Below, one piece after another: positions 35,151 through 48,960 of a DNA stretch of 64,000 bases; the first letter of the stretch is position 1, and each line of letters starts with the position of its first letter. The stretch is taken from contig OZ024743.1 of the NCBI GenBank assembly GCA_964016885.1, forward strand, positions 327,112,001-327,176,000. The letters are read 5' to 3'. Origin of the DNA: Eledone cirrhosa (taxonomy: Eukaryota). Under the pieces are notes generated by a model. That model was given only the letters and a program-made list of their open reading frames with translations, was not told the origin of the DNA and ran no database searches. The position numbers and the translations under genes were made by a program.

Positions 35151-36562
35151 ATTAATAATGAAAATATTGTGTACAGTGCTCAGGTGCACTACAACTCATC
35201 AAAAGTGTATGTATAGTATATAGGGTAATGTACAATCGTCAGGAAAATGAACAGTGCATGAGTCATGATATACACGTGTGCATGTGTACATCAGGTGTAG
35301 TTTTGGCGAATTTCGGGAAGCATGAGGGTTTTAAAGGATGCAGTGTCTCAGCAGCTAACAATTGACGCAGGCAGTTTGTTCCATGCTTCAGCAACTCTAA
35401 GTGTGAAAAAATGTTTCCGAAAGTCATGGGAGCTGTGCTGTTTTCTGACTTTGTAGGCATGTCCACGTGTGTTAGACACATGGAGATCAAAAAGGTGCTC
35501 AGGGTTGTTGTTGGCGAGATGGTTAATAACTTTGTGGGTGTTTACCAAGTCCATTGCCAGACGTCGGAGCTTCAATGAATCCCTGCCCAGGGAAGCAAGG
35601 CGTTCAGAATATGGTAGGTGTCTGATGGAGAGTATGAGCTTGGTTGCACATCTCTGAACAGTTTCCAGGAGGTCAATGTTCTGAGTAAGATAGGGGTTCC
35701 AGACTGATGATGCGAATTCCAAGTGTGGTCGTACCATAGCTGTATACAGCTTTAAATAGATGGCTGGAGAGCGGCTAATAAAGGTCTTGCTGAGTGATGC
35801 CAAGACACCCTCGGCCTTCTTGACAATTTTAGAGATGTGCTTTGTCCAACGCAAATCGCTGCTGACAGTAATGCCCAGGTCACGTTCACAAGAGGGCTTC
35901 TTGATATCAGTGTTGTGGAGGGAGTATGTGGATGCTGGATTTTTCCTCCCAAAATGCATGGTGGTATACTTGTCCACAGCCAGCTTCAGTTGCCAGTCTG
36001 TGATCCATTGCTGCATTGTGTCCAGGTTGATTGTAGGAAAGAGTTATAGATTTCAGGATCTGTCTTTTTGATTTCAAGGTACAGCTTGATGTCATCTGCA
36101 TATTTCAGTACTGTGGCATTCTTTAAGTTGGCATCTATGTCATTAATGTATGCAACAAACAAAAGGGGACCAAGAACAGATCCTTGTGGTACACCAGATG
36201 ACATCTCATATGCTGTCCTAGAACCGTTATTACCTCTTTTCGGCTGAGAATGAAGGATTTCAACCAGTTAAAAAGATCATCCTTCACACCCATTGCAGAG
36301 AGTTTTGCTATAAGTCTTTTGTGTGGCACAGAATTAGAAGCCTTAGCGAAGTCAAGGTAAACAACATCCACCCATGAGCCGCGTGATCCAGGTAATGTCT
36401 TCAAGGAACTCGATAAGCTGATCACAGCAGCTGGAGTTAGGGATAAATCCAAATTGCAAGAGCCAGATGAGGCTGTGAGAGCTCCAGAAGTTCCAAAGTG
36501 TTTCTCTGACACAGGATTCCATCAGTTTGGCAATACAGCTAGTAAGACTGACTGGACGATAA
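35151..36562 (-). mobile_element. CR1-clade LINE 3' part; further fragments at 46258-46745 (+) and 50195-50570 (-)
   Basis: VYLDFAKA, SGVPQGSVLGPLLF, KYADD, VRPHLEFASSVWNP, TRGHAYK, RKHFFTLRVAEAWNKLP. (ATT)n-type tail. Confidence 0.88.
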
Positions 36563-37364
36563 TATTATAATTTTGTAAATATATTTTATTTCAACAGAAT
36601 GCATAGCATTAAAAGATTTATGTAAAAGAAATGAGAAAGAGGGCAGGAGAAGACATGCATACTCAATCACACCACAACAAAAGGCACAGGAGCTTCCTTC
36701 TAATAATTGTTATAGCAAGCTAACACACAGCAGCGAGATATAGATCCCAGGCCCATCTGAGTGGCTAACAGACTGAGGTAACCCTGCACACTTACGAACA
36801 TCACTTGATACGTGGGTGATAAATATATGGTTTTGTGTTTTGCAAGATTCTTGATGTGAAATCGTTATAACAATATATATGTAATGTTTATATCATATAT
36901 AAATATGAATGTATATAATGGAATGTGTGCACGCCAGCGCAAATGACCATAACTAATAGTCGATCATTATAATAGTTGAGAAAATTGGGTCAAGTTCCCT
37001 TGGAGATGAGGAAAATGTTGACAGAGATGCCTGTGAAGAATCGAATTCCACATTTTTCAGATGCCAGGCGAATACCTTAACCACTGTGATAGATAGCTGT
37101 TGGCCTCTAATTCTGTTTATATGGTTTTAAGCTTGTAGCTAGAAGTGTGTACATACAGTTAACCTAAGAAACATTGAGAGATCAGCGGTTCTGATAAAGC
37201 ACTGACTTAGTTGGTGATGACCAGTACAGTACATATTTTTTCAAGTCTGGTACTAATTTTATTGATCTATTGAATTACAATATATAAACATAAACAAAGA
37301 CACAGACATATATATATATAAATAATGTATCGAAAACATAACACCCTCCCTAGCGTTGGTGATA

Positions 37365-39180
37365 TCATCATCCCCTTTTAATGCCCATTTTTCCACACTA
37401 GCATGGGTTAGACGAGTTACCCCGTTATGGACAAGTCAGATGAGGTGACTGTGTCTTGTAAACGCAGAACTGTTTCTGGGCTGGTTTTTATGGCTGAATG
37501 CCCTTCCTAACGCCAACCACATGTAGACTGGGTACTTTTTATCATGACACCAAAATGACCACTTTACAAGATAGTCAGGGTGCTTTTTGTTGTGTCACCA
37601 ACATGACCACTTTACAGGATGGACTGGGTTCTTATTTTTTATGTCACCAACCACAACCACTTTACAGAATGAATTTGTGCTCTTTTGTCATGTCACCAAC
37701 ATGACCACCTTACAGAGTGGGCTGGGAGTTTCTAACCATTTCAGTGGCATTGTGGGGGAGTGTCCACCTTTTCATGCTTGTATGCATGGGTTTGGATAAG
37801 AGAGGAGTATCAGATGTGGGAAGTGGGAGAGGAGGGTGTGGTGCGTGTATGTAGGATGGTGATTGGAGAGGTAGAACTAACGTGAGGTACTTAGCTAGTG
37901 AGGGTGGAGTGTTAAGATGGAGGTCTATGAAAGGGGAGGGGAGAAGTGCTACATACTAGTGGCCACTAGATGTATGCTTCATCCTATGCATAATGCCAGA
38001 AAACTCAATCCAATGTCATCGCCTTTGAGAGGTGTAATTGTGTGAGGTCAAGCTTTCCTAGGTCTTCCTATTCCATAGCTTCCTTCAACATTGAGCACTC
38101 TACACATTTGTATACAGCTGTCATCCTTTGTAAGCATCACATGTCCATATTACAGCAACCTCCTCTCTATTGTATGCTGCATCTGATCCTTATTAGCCCA
38201 GTTTCTCTCTCAGTTCATTTACACTTTGCGTACATCCATCGGAACATGCAAGCTTCACTTCTTTCCAATTTTTAAAAGCCCTCTGCACACAACACTCAGG
38301 TCTCACTACCATGTACCATTGCTGTTCATATGCACGCATCATACAATCAGCTCTTCATTTTGAGGAAAAAACTTTTGTAGCTAGCAGTAGTAGTAGCTCT
38401 GTGAACTTTTTCCATCCCATTCAGACTCTGGATACTGTACGTTTGAAACACCCACCTCTACTGTTAATTTAGTCACCCTCTAAAATTTGATAGTGCTTGT
38501 TTCCTGTGAGCACTTGCTGCATCAACCTCATGTAAAACCAACATTCTTTGCTAGTCTGCCTGAGATCCCACTCTATCTCTTATGTACCCATAGATTGCAT
38601 TTGGGACAAAGGATGGAATTCCTAACCACCCATTTTCTATACGCTGAGTAGGGCCATTTCCCTGAAGTGATCAGGGCCTTGTTTTTCTATTTACTTACTA
38701 GGAAGGAAAAGCAGATCTAAAATGATGATGATAACTTTGGTCTTTGCCAAGTTGACTTTAAGACCTTTCGATTCCAAGTTAGACATTTTTTCTGTAATTC
38801 TGCCATAGATTCAGCTATGAGAGTTAGATCATCAGCATACAGGAGTTCCCCAAGTACATCCAAACTCTTCTGTTACAGCCAGGAGGATGATAATAAACAA
38901 ACAAGGGCTAAAAATAGAGCCCTAGTGAATCTCCACTTGCACACTAAGCTCCTCACTATTCATTTTAACCTTGCTGACAGCACTTCTATACATACCGCCC
39001 TCACAAGCCACTTATCTTCCCCTAGTTTCCTAAGTGCCCAACAAATTACAGAGCGGGGGACCCTGCAAGTCAACAAATGCCAAGTAAAGGAGTTTACTTT
39101 TAGCTAGTTACTTCTGTAGCTGGTTCACAAGGAAGAGAGTGCATCACCTTGGCCCTTGTAGCAATTAATAATGCTGCTGC
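37365..39180 (-). mobile_element. Heavily decayed RTE family A copy
   Basis: Tail at 37365 and expanded 3' UTR repeats. Remnants of HGSETW, GKWP, ELLYADD and INCYKG on the minus strand. Confidence 0.75.
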
Positions 39181-40123
39181 TATGGGACATACAAGATAAA
39201 TATACCCAAGACATTCTGCAAAGTGGTTGATGAAAGGGAGAGCATCTAACTGTAGAAAACCTGCTGAACAAAGGGTCAGGAAGACTCTTCAGCTGTGTCA
39301 AAGACATGACAACTTCCCTAGTGCTGGTTCCACAGCAAAATGCAGGAACATATGTAGACAAGATGTAGGCACCTGGCCTATCTGTAGCTTCACTTGGGTA
39401 CTGATTTGTTCTATGAAGACCTGTTCAACTCTTGCTAGGAGGAAAGATGGACATTAAATGTTGGTGATGATGATGTATATATATAGAGAGAGAGAACTAG
39501 TTTAGAATTAGCTGTTGAAACAGCAAGAGCTCAGCCATGAGGTCCTGACTCATTATGATATAGCCATACTCTACTACCCAAAGTATAGTATCGAGTACTT
39601 TATTAAGTAATGTTCTAACTAGTTTTAAACTGGTTCTATCCTGATATATATATGTATATATAGAGAGAGAGAGGGGTTGGTCTTCAAAGCCAACTGGTGA
39701 AAACAATAGACTTATCTACTAAGTTGATAAGAATAAGAGTGATCGATAAATATATATATTTATCATTGTCATTTAATGTTTGTTAAATAATGGAGGTATA
39801 AATATATCTATCATCATTTTTATGTCTATTTTTCCATGCTGGGATGGGTTGGACAGGATGGTTTGAAACAATGTTTTACAGCTGGATGCCTCTTACAGAA
39901 TGCAGGTATACATTGTGTCTATACAACAAACTTCTACAGTTTCTGTCAATGAAACTTCACTCGCAAGGCATTGGGCAACCTGAGGCTGATTTGTTCTATG
40001 ATTTGTTCTAGGAACTCCTTAACCACACAGCTATACCTGAGCCAATATATATATATATGTCCCACCATTGCAAGCAAGGAAAAGCGGATGTAAAATGATG
40101 ATAAATATATATACATATATATA

Positions 40124-40555
40124 AGACCTGCCTTCCCTACGTACAAAGTTAAACCTACACTCAGTAGGCACCTCTTAACTAAATATACACCCAACCCACT
40201 ACTCCTACTCCATCCTCCCACTCTCACTCCCACCAACACCACCCTTTCTCTGTAAAGTTATGTTGGTACCACAACATCCAGTCCAAACTAAAGAGATTGT
40301 GTAGGTGTCACAACAAAAAGCACCCAGTCCACGCTGTAAAGTGGTCGTGTAGGAGACATGGTAAAAAGGCTCCCAGTCCACAATGTAAATGTGGTTGGTG
40401 TTAGGAAGGGCATCCAGCCATAGAAAACCTTCCAGACACAGTCCTATACAAGCGAGACATGGTCATCCAATCAATCTTGCCTCAAGTGGGACAATTCCCG
40501 TCTAACCCATGCTAGTGTGGGCGATAGACGTTAAACGATGATGATGATGATGATC
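40124..40555 (+). mobile_element. RTE family A 3' UTR and tail; others at about 31195-31390 (+), 52403-52660 (-), 58370-58780 (+)
   Basis: Matches 7640-8077. The (GAT)n tail runs into (TA)n. Confidence 0.85.
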
Positions 40556-40749
40556 ATATATATATATATATATACGTTATTCCGGGTTGAATCGGAGGTA
40601 ACCACAGTAAGTAAGGTACTCAATACATAGCAGAGTATAAAAGTTTTAATATAGATGATTTAATATAGATGATTTAATATAGATATATAATCATGATGAT
40701 TTCTAAAGAATGAAACAGTTCTAGTCCTGTAGAATCTCATCTATATTAA

Positions 40750-40791
<42 letters not shown>

Positions 40792-41509
40792 CATCATTAT
40801 CATTTTAGATATATTTTCCATGCTTACATAGTTTAGGTAGGTTATGATCCAAGACCAGACATATCAGATGACTGTATCTCACTCATACAATCCATTCTGA
40901 CATGGTTTCTAATGCCCTTTGTAACACCAACCACTTCACAGAGTGTACTGTGCGCATTTTACTATAATTGCTGCCACTAACATCTAATATGGTGGACTGG
41001 GTGATTTTTTATCTTGGCACCAGCAGTACCACTTTGCAGAAGAGGATAAGTGCATTTTATTGTGGCATCAGCACTATCATTTTGACATTATATATATAGT
41101 ATAGTTTGTTTATGCCCCTTTATAGTGTGAGTTCAAATCCCACCGAGGTTCACTTTGCCTTTCATCCTTACGGGGTCGATAAAATAAAGTACCAGTAATA
41201 CACTGGTATAATTGCTGGCCTTGTGCCAATAGTAGAAACTATTATATATATATAGTTTGTTCTTATGCACACACACACATACATACAAACTAATGTTTCC
41301 AGAATAATTCTATGCTTGAATGCACACAAAAGGCCTTCACACACACAGCAAATACATACACATACTCAAACTCTTTAAAAAAATGAATATGCACCAAATA
41401 CCTCCATACAATTGATCGACGGTCACACAGAAGTATACACACACCCATGCGCACACACAAGTATACACACACCCATGCGCTCACACAAGTATACACACAT
41501 GCATGCATT

Positions 41510-41815
41510 GGATATTCATCGGTTCTGACAAGTGTTTCAGTTGTTCAAACAATAGAACTGCCTACCCACGAAATTAATGTGTTTGTGGCTCAGCATTCCA
41601 CAGAAATGTGCACTTTTAACATAGTTCTCAGGGAGATTCAGCATGACACACTGTATGACAAGGCCTTTTGAATTACAGGTGTAACTCATTTTTTGCAACT
41701 GAGTGAACTGGAGCAACATCAAATAAAGCTGAAGGGAACAACACACTGCTAGGAATCAAACTTACAACCTAACAATCATGTGCAAAACACCTTAACCACT
41801 AAGCCACGAGCCTTT
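41510..41815 (-). mobile_element. tRNA-derived SINE with the same head/centre as 6076-6410 but a different tail; relatives at about 20880-21040, 24125-24370, 30260-30540, 43400-43550
   Basis: Head GGCTCGTGGCTTAGTGGTTAAGG, centre TTGCTCCAGTTCACTCAG, tail CTGAATCTCCCTGAGAACTA...ATTAATTTC. Confidence 0.7.
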
Positions 41816-42659
41816 CACAGCATACATGCACACACACACATATAGGTTTTCACTCACACACATATTTTCTCTTTTCTCATCTTCCCTTTCCAACCTCTCT
41901 GTAGCTCAAGTCTTTTTTTCAGTTTTTTCTGACTTCCTATACCTCACATGCAGACATTCGCCCACATGATTTTTTTTCCTTCTTTCTTTTTTGGTTTTCC
42001 TTTCTAATAATGGACTAACATCCAAAATGTCAAGATTCTTCTATCATTTCTTTAATATACTGTTATCATTATGCATTGTTCTCTGCTGGTGTGTGTTTTT
42101 TTCTTTTTTTTTCACTTGCATTATATATATATCTATATATAGAGAGAGAGAAAGAGAAAGCCTGTGGTACTGAGATGGAGACCACTAATACATGGAGAGA
42201 TGCAGAGTGGGTATAGAGATATGTAAAATCTCGACCGCGATGCCAAGCGGTTTCAGCTTGTATTCAGCAAGCCTTTTCATGGGTAATAACCCACTTTTTG
42301 CTGTTAATTCTTCACTTAAAAATACTCCTTCAGCCTATAAGACCCATCTGTAAATAGCCTTACCCCTCCACCCTCTATTCCTATGACCTTAATGCCCCTT
42401 CTCCTCCTACCCACTAACCACCCCTACCCCCATCCACACTACTTCCTTCCCCTGACCCCCTTGCCTGTCCAGATACACTTACCACTGCCTGCCCTCCCCC
42501 CTTTTTCCATTAGACCAGTTTACTACTATGATAAACTCAACCAAAGCACCACCAAGACCAGTGTCCCTTTGTGAGAGAATTCAGGTCAGATGACCTTTTC
42601 TTGCTTACACAGAACTGTTTCTGGCTTGGTTTCTCTAGCTAGATGCTCTTCCTAATTCC

Positions 42660-42915
42660 AACCATATTTACAGTGTGGACTTGGTGTTTTTTATTGTGGC
42701 ACCAAAACAACCACTTTACAGTGTGGACTGGTCACTTTTTGTCATGACACCAACACAACCTCTTTACAATGTGGGCTGAGTGCTTTTTGTCATGTCATCA
42801 ACGTGACCACTTTACCATGTGGACTAGGAGTGTTTTGTTGTGGCTATAAAATGACCACTTTACAGTATGGACTGGGTGCTTTTGTCATAGCTCCAAAACT
42901 ACCACTTTACAGTAT
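42660..42915 (+). repeat. Degenerate 48-bp minisatellite in RTE-type 3' ends; other arrays at 37513-37728, 56318-56645, 63035-63395 (opposite strand)
   Basis: Unit ACCACTTTACAGTGTGGACTGGGTGCTTTTTGTCATGACACCAACACA, about 5-8 units per array. Each array directly follows a GATGCCCTTCCTAA-like motif. Confidence 0.85.
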
Positions 42916-44146
42916 GAACAAGGCAACCAATAAACCGGTATTTTGAAACAAAGTTCCTTGTAATAATTCTTTAGTTTGAGTTCACAGACAGTCTCTTGTC
43001 ACCATAAATGCAGTGAAGCAATGATTAGTTCACTGGAAACCTACAGCCAAGGACATTATTGTTCACAAAATGTGATACAAAATGAATAAATAAATAACAT
43101 CCAACTCTACTGCTGATTAGGTCACCTAGATAATAAAAGCTGTCAATTATGTCTTGTAAGCCACTAGAGCAGTTGAAAGAATTCATTCCATACAGGCTCT
43201 CAACTGCTAATTACTATTTGTTCATATGTTACTTCTCTATCAGCCTGTCTGACACCCCTCTGCACCTTTTCTGCTCCTTGAAATTATATTGTCTACAAAA
43301 TATTGAATTCTTAACATGTATTTTATATATTGAGTATAGAGTATATATTTGGGTGTACAAATAGGAGAAAATTTAGTCAGTGTGTGATATAAAAATAGGT
43401 TGGTATGGCCTTCCATCCGTGTCAATGATGAGTATTCCGGTTGTTCAGTCAATGGAACAGCTTGTTCATGAAATTTATGTGTAAATGGCTGAGCATTCCA
43501 CAGACATAGAGATTCAGCATGACACAGTATACGATATGACTGGCTATTTTAATTACCGATAATCCATTCAACAGGCTTCTAAACAGTTTCCATCTATGTA
43601 GTTTCACTCACAAGGCATTGTCAACCTTAAGCTATGGTGAATGATACTTGTCCAAGATGCTATGCAGTAGGATCGAACATAGGACTTAAGGATTGTAAAG
43701 TGAAATTCTTAACCATTTGGTCATACTGTGTCTATGCTTCCATTGATACAGGAATTTCTTGCATGTTTCTAAGATGCTATTAGTAAGGTCGCGTCTTAGG
43801 CAAATGTTTTTTACCATAGCATTGGGCAAACCAATATCTTATAAGTGAAATATTTTGGAATCCCATTGAATGGATTGTAACTATAATTCAAAGAACCAGC
43901 TTTGTCATGCTGAGAATTATGATAAAGATACACATGTCTGGGGAATATTCAGCCACTTACATATGAACTTATATATTTTTATTTGGTTAAACATACAGAA
44001 AAAGAGAACAGTATTGGAAAGGAGTATAAATGCCACAAATGAGAGGAAAAGGAGAAGAAGAGCAAGGACTACTAGACAAAGTAAGGAAGAAAGAAGGGGG
44101 AAAGGGGAGAGGGTGACAGACTCTACACCTAGGTCAGAGCGGTGTT

Positions 44147-44338
44147 TCAGCTGTGCCCTGCGGACGAAATGGCAAAGACATTTCCATGGACAGTGGCCAG
44201 AGACACACACTGCAACAGCCACCCCACCTCATGGGGCTCCTTCCTCAGACAGGTTGCTATCAATCCGATTTTACGGAGGAGCTCAGCTGTCCATGGTCCG
44301 AGGATGCCTGAGGTCTCAACGGTGACTCATGCAAACAT
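44147..44338 (-). mobile_element. CRE-like non-LTR retrotransposon, C-terminal restriction-like endonuclease fragment
   Basis: VTVETSGILGPWTAELLRKIG...WLLQCVSLATVHGNVFAI resembles the ETxGxxG...LxQRxSxAxxRGN end of CRE-clade proteins. Confidence 0.6.
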
Positions 44339-45141
44339 ATTAATCTCAGGAGCAGGATGTTCTGTGGATTGAACAACTGGACACTTATCATTAAAACTAC
44401 TTCTTTCTTCAGCCAAGCTTCTACTCACATCAAATAATTCATCGTATCCATCATTGCAGTTCTCAATTCATTTACATTGGCAAAGCCACTGTCTTACAGT
44501 AGGGTATCAATGTTATTGCTTATGACTGAATGCTTCTTTGTCTGAATGATGTTTTTTTAACTTCTTTCCCTAACCTTCTCACACTACTCTTATGTCTATC
44601 TCTCCTTATCCGAACTTTCCTGAAGGACTTCTGCCAAAATGGTGAAACCTCCTCCACTTCCTCCAAGTGTGAACCTAATATAACTGTAAAATTGCCTTCT
44701 GTGTTTTGTTTGTTTTATATATATATATCACCATCATCACCATCATCGTTTAACATCCATCTTCCATATTGGCATGGTTTATATATATATGTGTGTGTGT
44801 GCGTGTTTGATATAGTAGGAAAGAGTCTTTCATCAGACGATAGAATGAGAAAAGATGAAATAGAAAGCTAGAATATGAGAAGAACAAGGAACAGAAAAAA
44901 AGTTTTTTTTTTAGAAAAAGCACATTCAGTCAGCCATATATACAAACACACATTGGTGCATTGTAATAGTTCATTCCCTCAAGTCTGATTAAAATAGCCA
45001 AGTTACAGTAGAAAACACTTGCAGAATGGTAAGACCTGCAACCTCAATATTGTGAAGCAAACTTCTTGACAATATATATGTATATGGAAGGATTAACTAA
45101 CTTTTCTTCTTGAAACATCACATTAGAAAGCCATGTTCCTC

Positions 45142-45172
<31 letters not shown>

Positions 45173-47815
45173 CTAAAATTTTGAATTGGAAAGATTCACT
45201 AGAAAGATTTTGTCATTTGTCAATCACTTGAACTATAAGTAAACTGCTAAATGTCACATATGATTCCAGAACTACACAGACTACTGCATAGATAACTTCC
45301 CTAAAAATAGATAAATACTACATGTCATTAGACAACAATGAAAGATTTAACCTTTAAGCCTCTATATTTGTTGTCTGATATATATGTTTTGTGTTTATTC
45401 ACTGATATAAAAATAAAGGTTAAATATACATTTATTTCCTGGCTCAGTTTTCCAGGTATCTACCACCAATGCTACAGAAATTGTTGATTATTGATAAACT
45501 ATCTAATTTAATCAGGTGTCACATGTTGAAAACGACAAGCACTTAGATTAAGAAGGTTGAATAAATATATTTGTTTATAATAAGAAATATATTTTCTATC
45601 AAAAACAAAAGTATATATACTTAGTTTTATTTAATTTCTTTAATTAGAAAGTGATTTGGTATTAGTAAACATGACTTCAATGATTGCATTTAGATTTTGA
45701 ATTGCTCTCAAACACAAGCAGTGGCAGCACTGTTAAATTAATGAATGTTTTTTGGTGGAGTTTGATTCCATTGGTCTTAGCTAATAGCTAGTAGGGTTGA
45801 TCCCTGCCATCTGTTGTTAATGTGTCTTACTATGAAAGATCAAGTTGACTTGGTTATTTAGTCCTTTTGACACCAAACCACCTGAAAGTGACCCTGGTTC
45901 TATGGCATAAAAATATATTTTAAAGTGTATATATTTATTTAAAAGCTTTCCATCATAATTTTATGTAATAACCTTTGTTAAGTTATGTTTCAAACACCAG
46001 CTTAATATTTAAAATTTCTGAACCATCCACAACCTTTTAACCGTCTCATGATACTTTATGACCACTGCTAAACCAATATGTTGATGAAGCTGCGAAGGCT
46101 TCAAAACATAATACACACATGGCTTTAGGAATACCACTGTTCCAAACTAAGCACAAATAACTAATACCCCCCCCCCGTTATATATATATGAGAAAGGGGA
46201 GTTATATATATTACATATAACCATCTCTCTCTCTATATATATAGTATATAGCCATCTCTCATCAGACACCTACCATACTCTGAACACCTTGCTTCCCTGG
46301 GCATGGATTCATTGAAGCTCCAACGTCTGGCAATAGACTTGGTAAACACCCACAAAGTTATTAACCATCTTGCCAACAACAACCCTGAGCACCTTTTTGA
46401 TCTCCATGTGTCTAACACACATGGACATGCCTACAAAGTCAGAAAACAGCACAGCTCCCATGACTTTCGGAAACATTTTTTCACACTTAGAGTTGCTGAA
46501 GCATGGAACAAACTGCCTGCGTCAGTTGTTAGCTGCTGAGACACTGCATCCTTTAAAACCCTCATGCTTCCCGAAATTCGCCAAAACTACACCTGATGTC
46601 CCCCTTCCATACACATGCACACATGTGTATATCATGACTCATGCACTGTTCATTTTCCTGACGATTGTACATTACCCTATGTACTATGCATACACTTTTG
46701 ATGAGTTGTAGTGCACCTGAGCACTGTACACAATATTTTCATTATATATATTATATATAATTATAGTATATAGCCATCTCTCTCTATATATATAGTATAT
46801 TTTAAATTCACTTATAATTTTTTTAATCATCTCTTAGATTTGCATGAAACATTATTTTGAAAAAAAATGAAATGCAAAGAACTATTTCATTAAGACTAAA
46901 TAACATTTATTTGGAAGGGGTGGGGCAGGAGAGATTTTTTAAAACCTACTTCAAAATTTGATATCTGTTCTTAGAGGAATATTTAAAAGTGAAGGCATTT
47001 GAATCATGTTAAGATATGATCTGTTATCTTGAGGAAATAGAAAATTTGTTTTCACATGAAATAGTGTAAGTGAAATGGTATTAACTCTTTTGATACTAAA
47101 CTGCCCCTGGTTTTATCATACTTAACTATGTATTTTAAAGGGAATATATTTATCTCAACATTTTCCATCATAATTTTACTTAGTTTTTTTTTATGTCCCA
47201 AACACCAAATTAATAAAGAGAAAGTTAGTTCTATTACTAAATCCCTCCAAATTCTTGATTATTTTCAAAATTAATTGAAAATCATAGGCAGTGTTTTTCA
47301 TTAGAAATATGGTAAAGAAAGGATTAATGTATCTTTGCATCCCTCACAGTCAAGTGAATAAATAACTGATACGTTTGGCCAGTATTGGTACAGGCCATGC
47401 CTAACTTCAAAGCTCTACCTGTAGTAAGATTCCAGAATAAACTGGAGTTTGGTATAGTTACACACCCATTAAGTACTGGGGTTGATTTGATTAACTGTAC
47501 CATTCACACCCTAAACATTTTCTTTATTTTGTGGTTTTGAGTTCTTAAGGGAGCTTCTATTCAGATTCAGAACTGGTTTTGGTTCATTTCAATTATTATT
47601 ACGCATACATCACTACAAATCAAGACAGATGTACATTCCTATATATATATATATATATATATTTATTTATTAAAATAACAGATTAAAGTTTAAGCAAAGA
47701 ATCGGTGCTTTCACCCTTAACGGGAATTTCTGAAACTAAATATTTGCTCTACGGTTCTTATATATTTGATATATATTTATCCTCTTTGGATTTTAGTCTT
47801 CAAATTTATTATTAT

Positions 47816-47874
<59 letters not shown>

Positions 47875-48328
47875 AAGAGAGAGAGGGAGAGATAGCTGTA
47901 GGTACAAAGAAAAGAAAAAAGCAATCAACACATCATGTGGAAGTTGAGTATATATTTTCAAAATGAAAACATGTATAAATTATCAGGTGCTTTTGAGAAA
48001 GTTAAAGCAAGATGGAGAACAAAGTTTCGGTCATGTTGCTATGGGCCTCTATTAGTTGGTTCAAGTCACATGGTGGTGTTTATAAGTCAATGACAACATG
48101 ACTAACTGTGTGTCTTGATGGCATCATTAATCTCAGTTGAATCCAACAACATTGGATATATGATCTTGTTGGCATCCTGGTAGCCTTAATGAGTCTGTAG
48201 TTCTTCTGCTCTGTGTATTCAGTGCCACCAGAGGCTGAATGTTCAGTTGATGTCTGTGGTGGTCTTCAGAAGGTCTGATGTTAATATTTTCATGGTGTGT
48301 ATGTTGGTTTGAGTTCTCTGTCCTACAC

Positions 48329-48790
48329 CTACACATGAGCCAGGTGAATTAAGGTGGTCTTTTTAGGATGGTGTGTATGTGTGTGTGGTGGTGGTGGTGG
48401 GAGTGCTTTTTTTCTGTTATAATGTACAATGTTTGAAGCAATGCTATCTAAATAGGAGTAAGTAACCTTAACATTATATGAATTGATAAGCTTGTGGTAT
48501 CTATGGCTATATGGGAAATGTTTCTTGATTAAAGATAAGAAGTTCTTAGCTATATTCATCAATACCTCTAAATTGAAAGGAGGATCAAACCATCTTATTT
48601 TTCTCTTTCTAACTCCCTTAGGGATGGATGGCATGTCCATCATACATAGCATTTTTTCTGTAAAGCCACTTCTCACTAATACCGCATCATAGTGGGGTAC
48701 TGTCATGTTGAATATCTATTTGCCAAGTGATAAGCTAGAGATTTTCCTACTAATCCTGCTTACCAGGTTCCTAACTATATATATGGAGAT
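48329..48790 (-). mobile_element. Penelope-like element fragment (RT thumb to GIY-YIG linker)
   Basis: RKRKIRWFDPPF...NIAKNFLSLIKKHFP...HKLINSYNVKVTYSY matches the PLE motif WFNPP...FLxLIDKHFP...KVSYSC. Confidence 0.75.
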
Positions 48791-48960
48791 GTCATAGATC
48801 ATGTTGTTGTGTTGCTAGGGTCCCATAAAGAAAGTTTATCTAATGAAGAGCTGATGCTGTTAGAACAAGAGAACTGAAGTGCAAGATGATATAGAAGATC
48901 TACTCACTCCATTTAAGTTAACTGCAAAGAATATTGCCAGAGGAAGTTCAATCTTAATCT
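48787..48960 (+). mobile_element. Possible Tigger/pogo transposase C-terminal remnant
   Basis: LLGSHKESLSNEELMLLEQE resembles the Tigger LLxSHxxxLTNEEL segment. Short and degraded. Confidence 0.3.

Noticed and set aside
45139-45172. T-run plus G-run (and poly-G at 17118-17140) as G-quadruplex elements
   Set aside because: Simple homopolymers of unreliable length; no further support.
46075-46113. Hairpin TTGATGAAGC...GCTTCAAAAC resembling a hammerhead core
   Set aside because: Both conserved boxes are mismatched and there is no retroelement context; better explained as a short inverted repeat.
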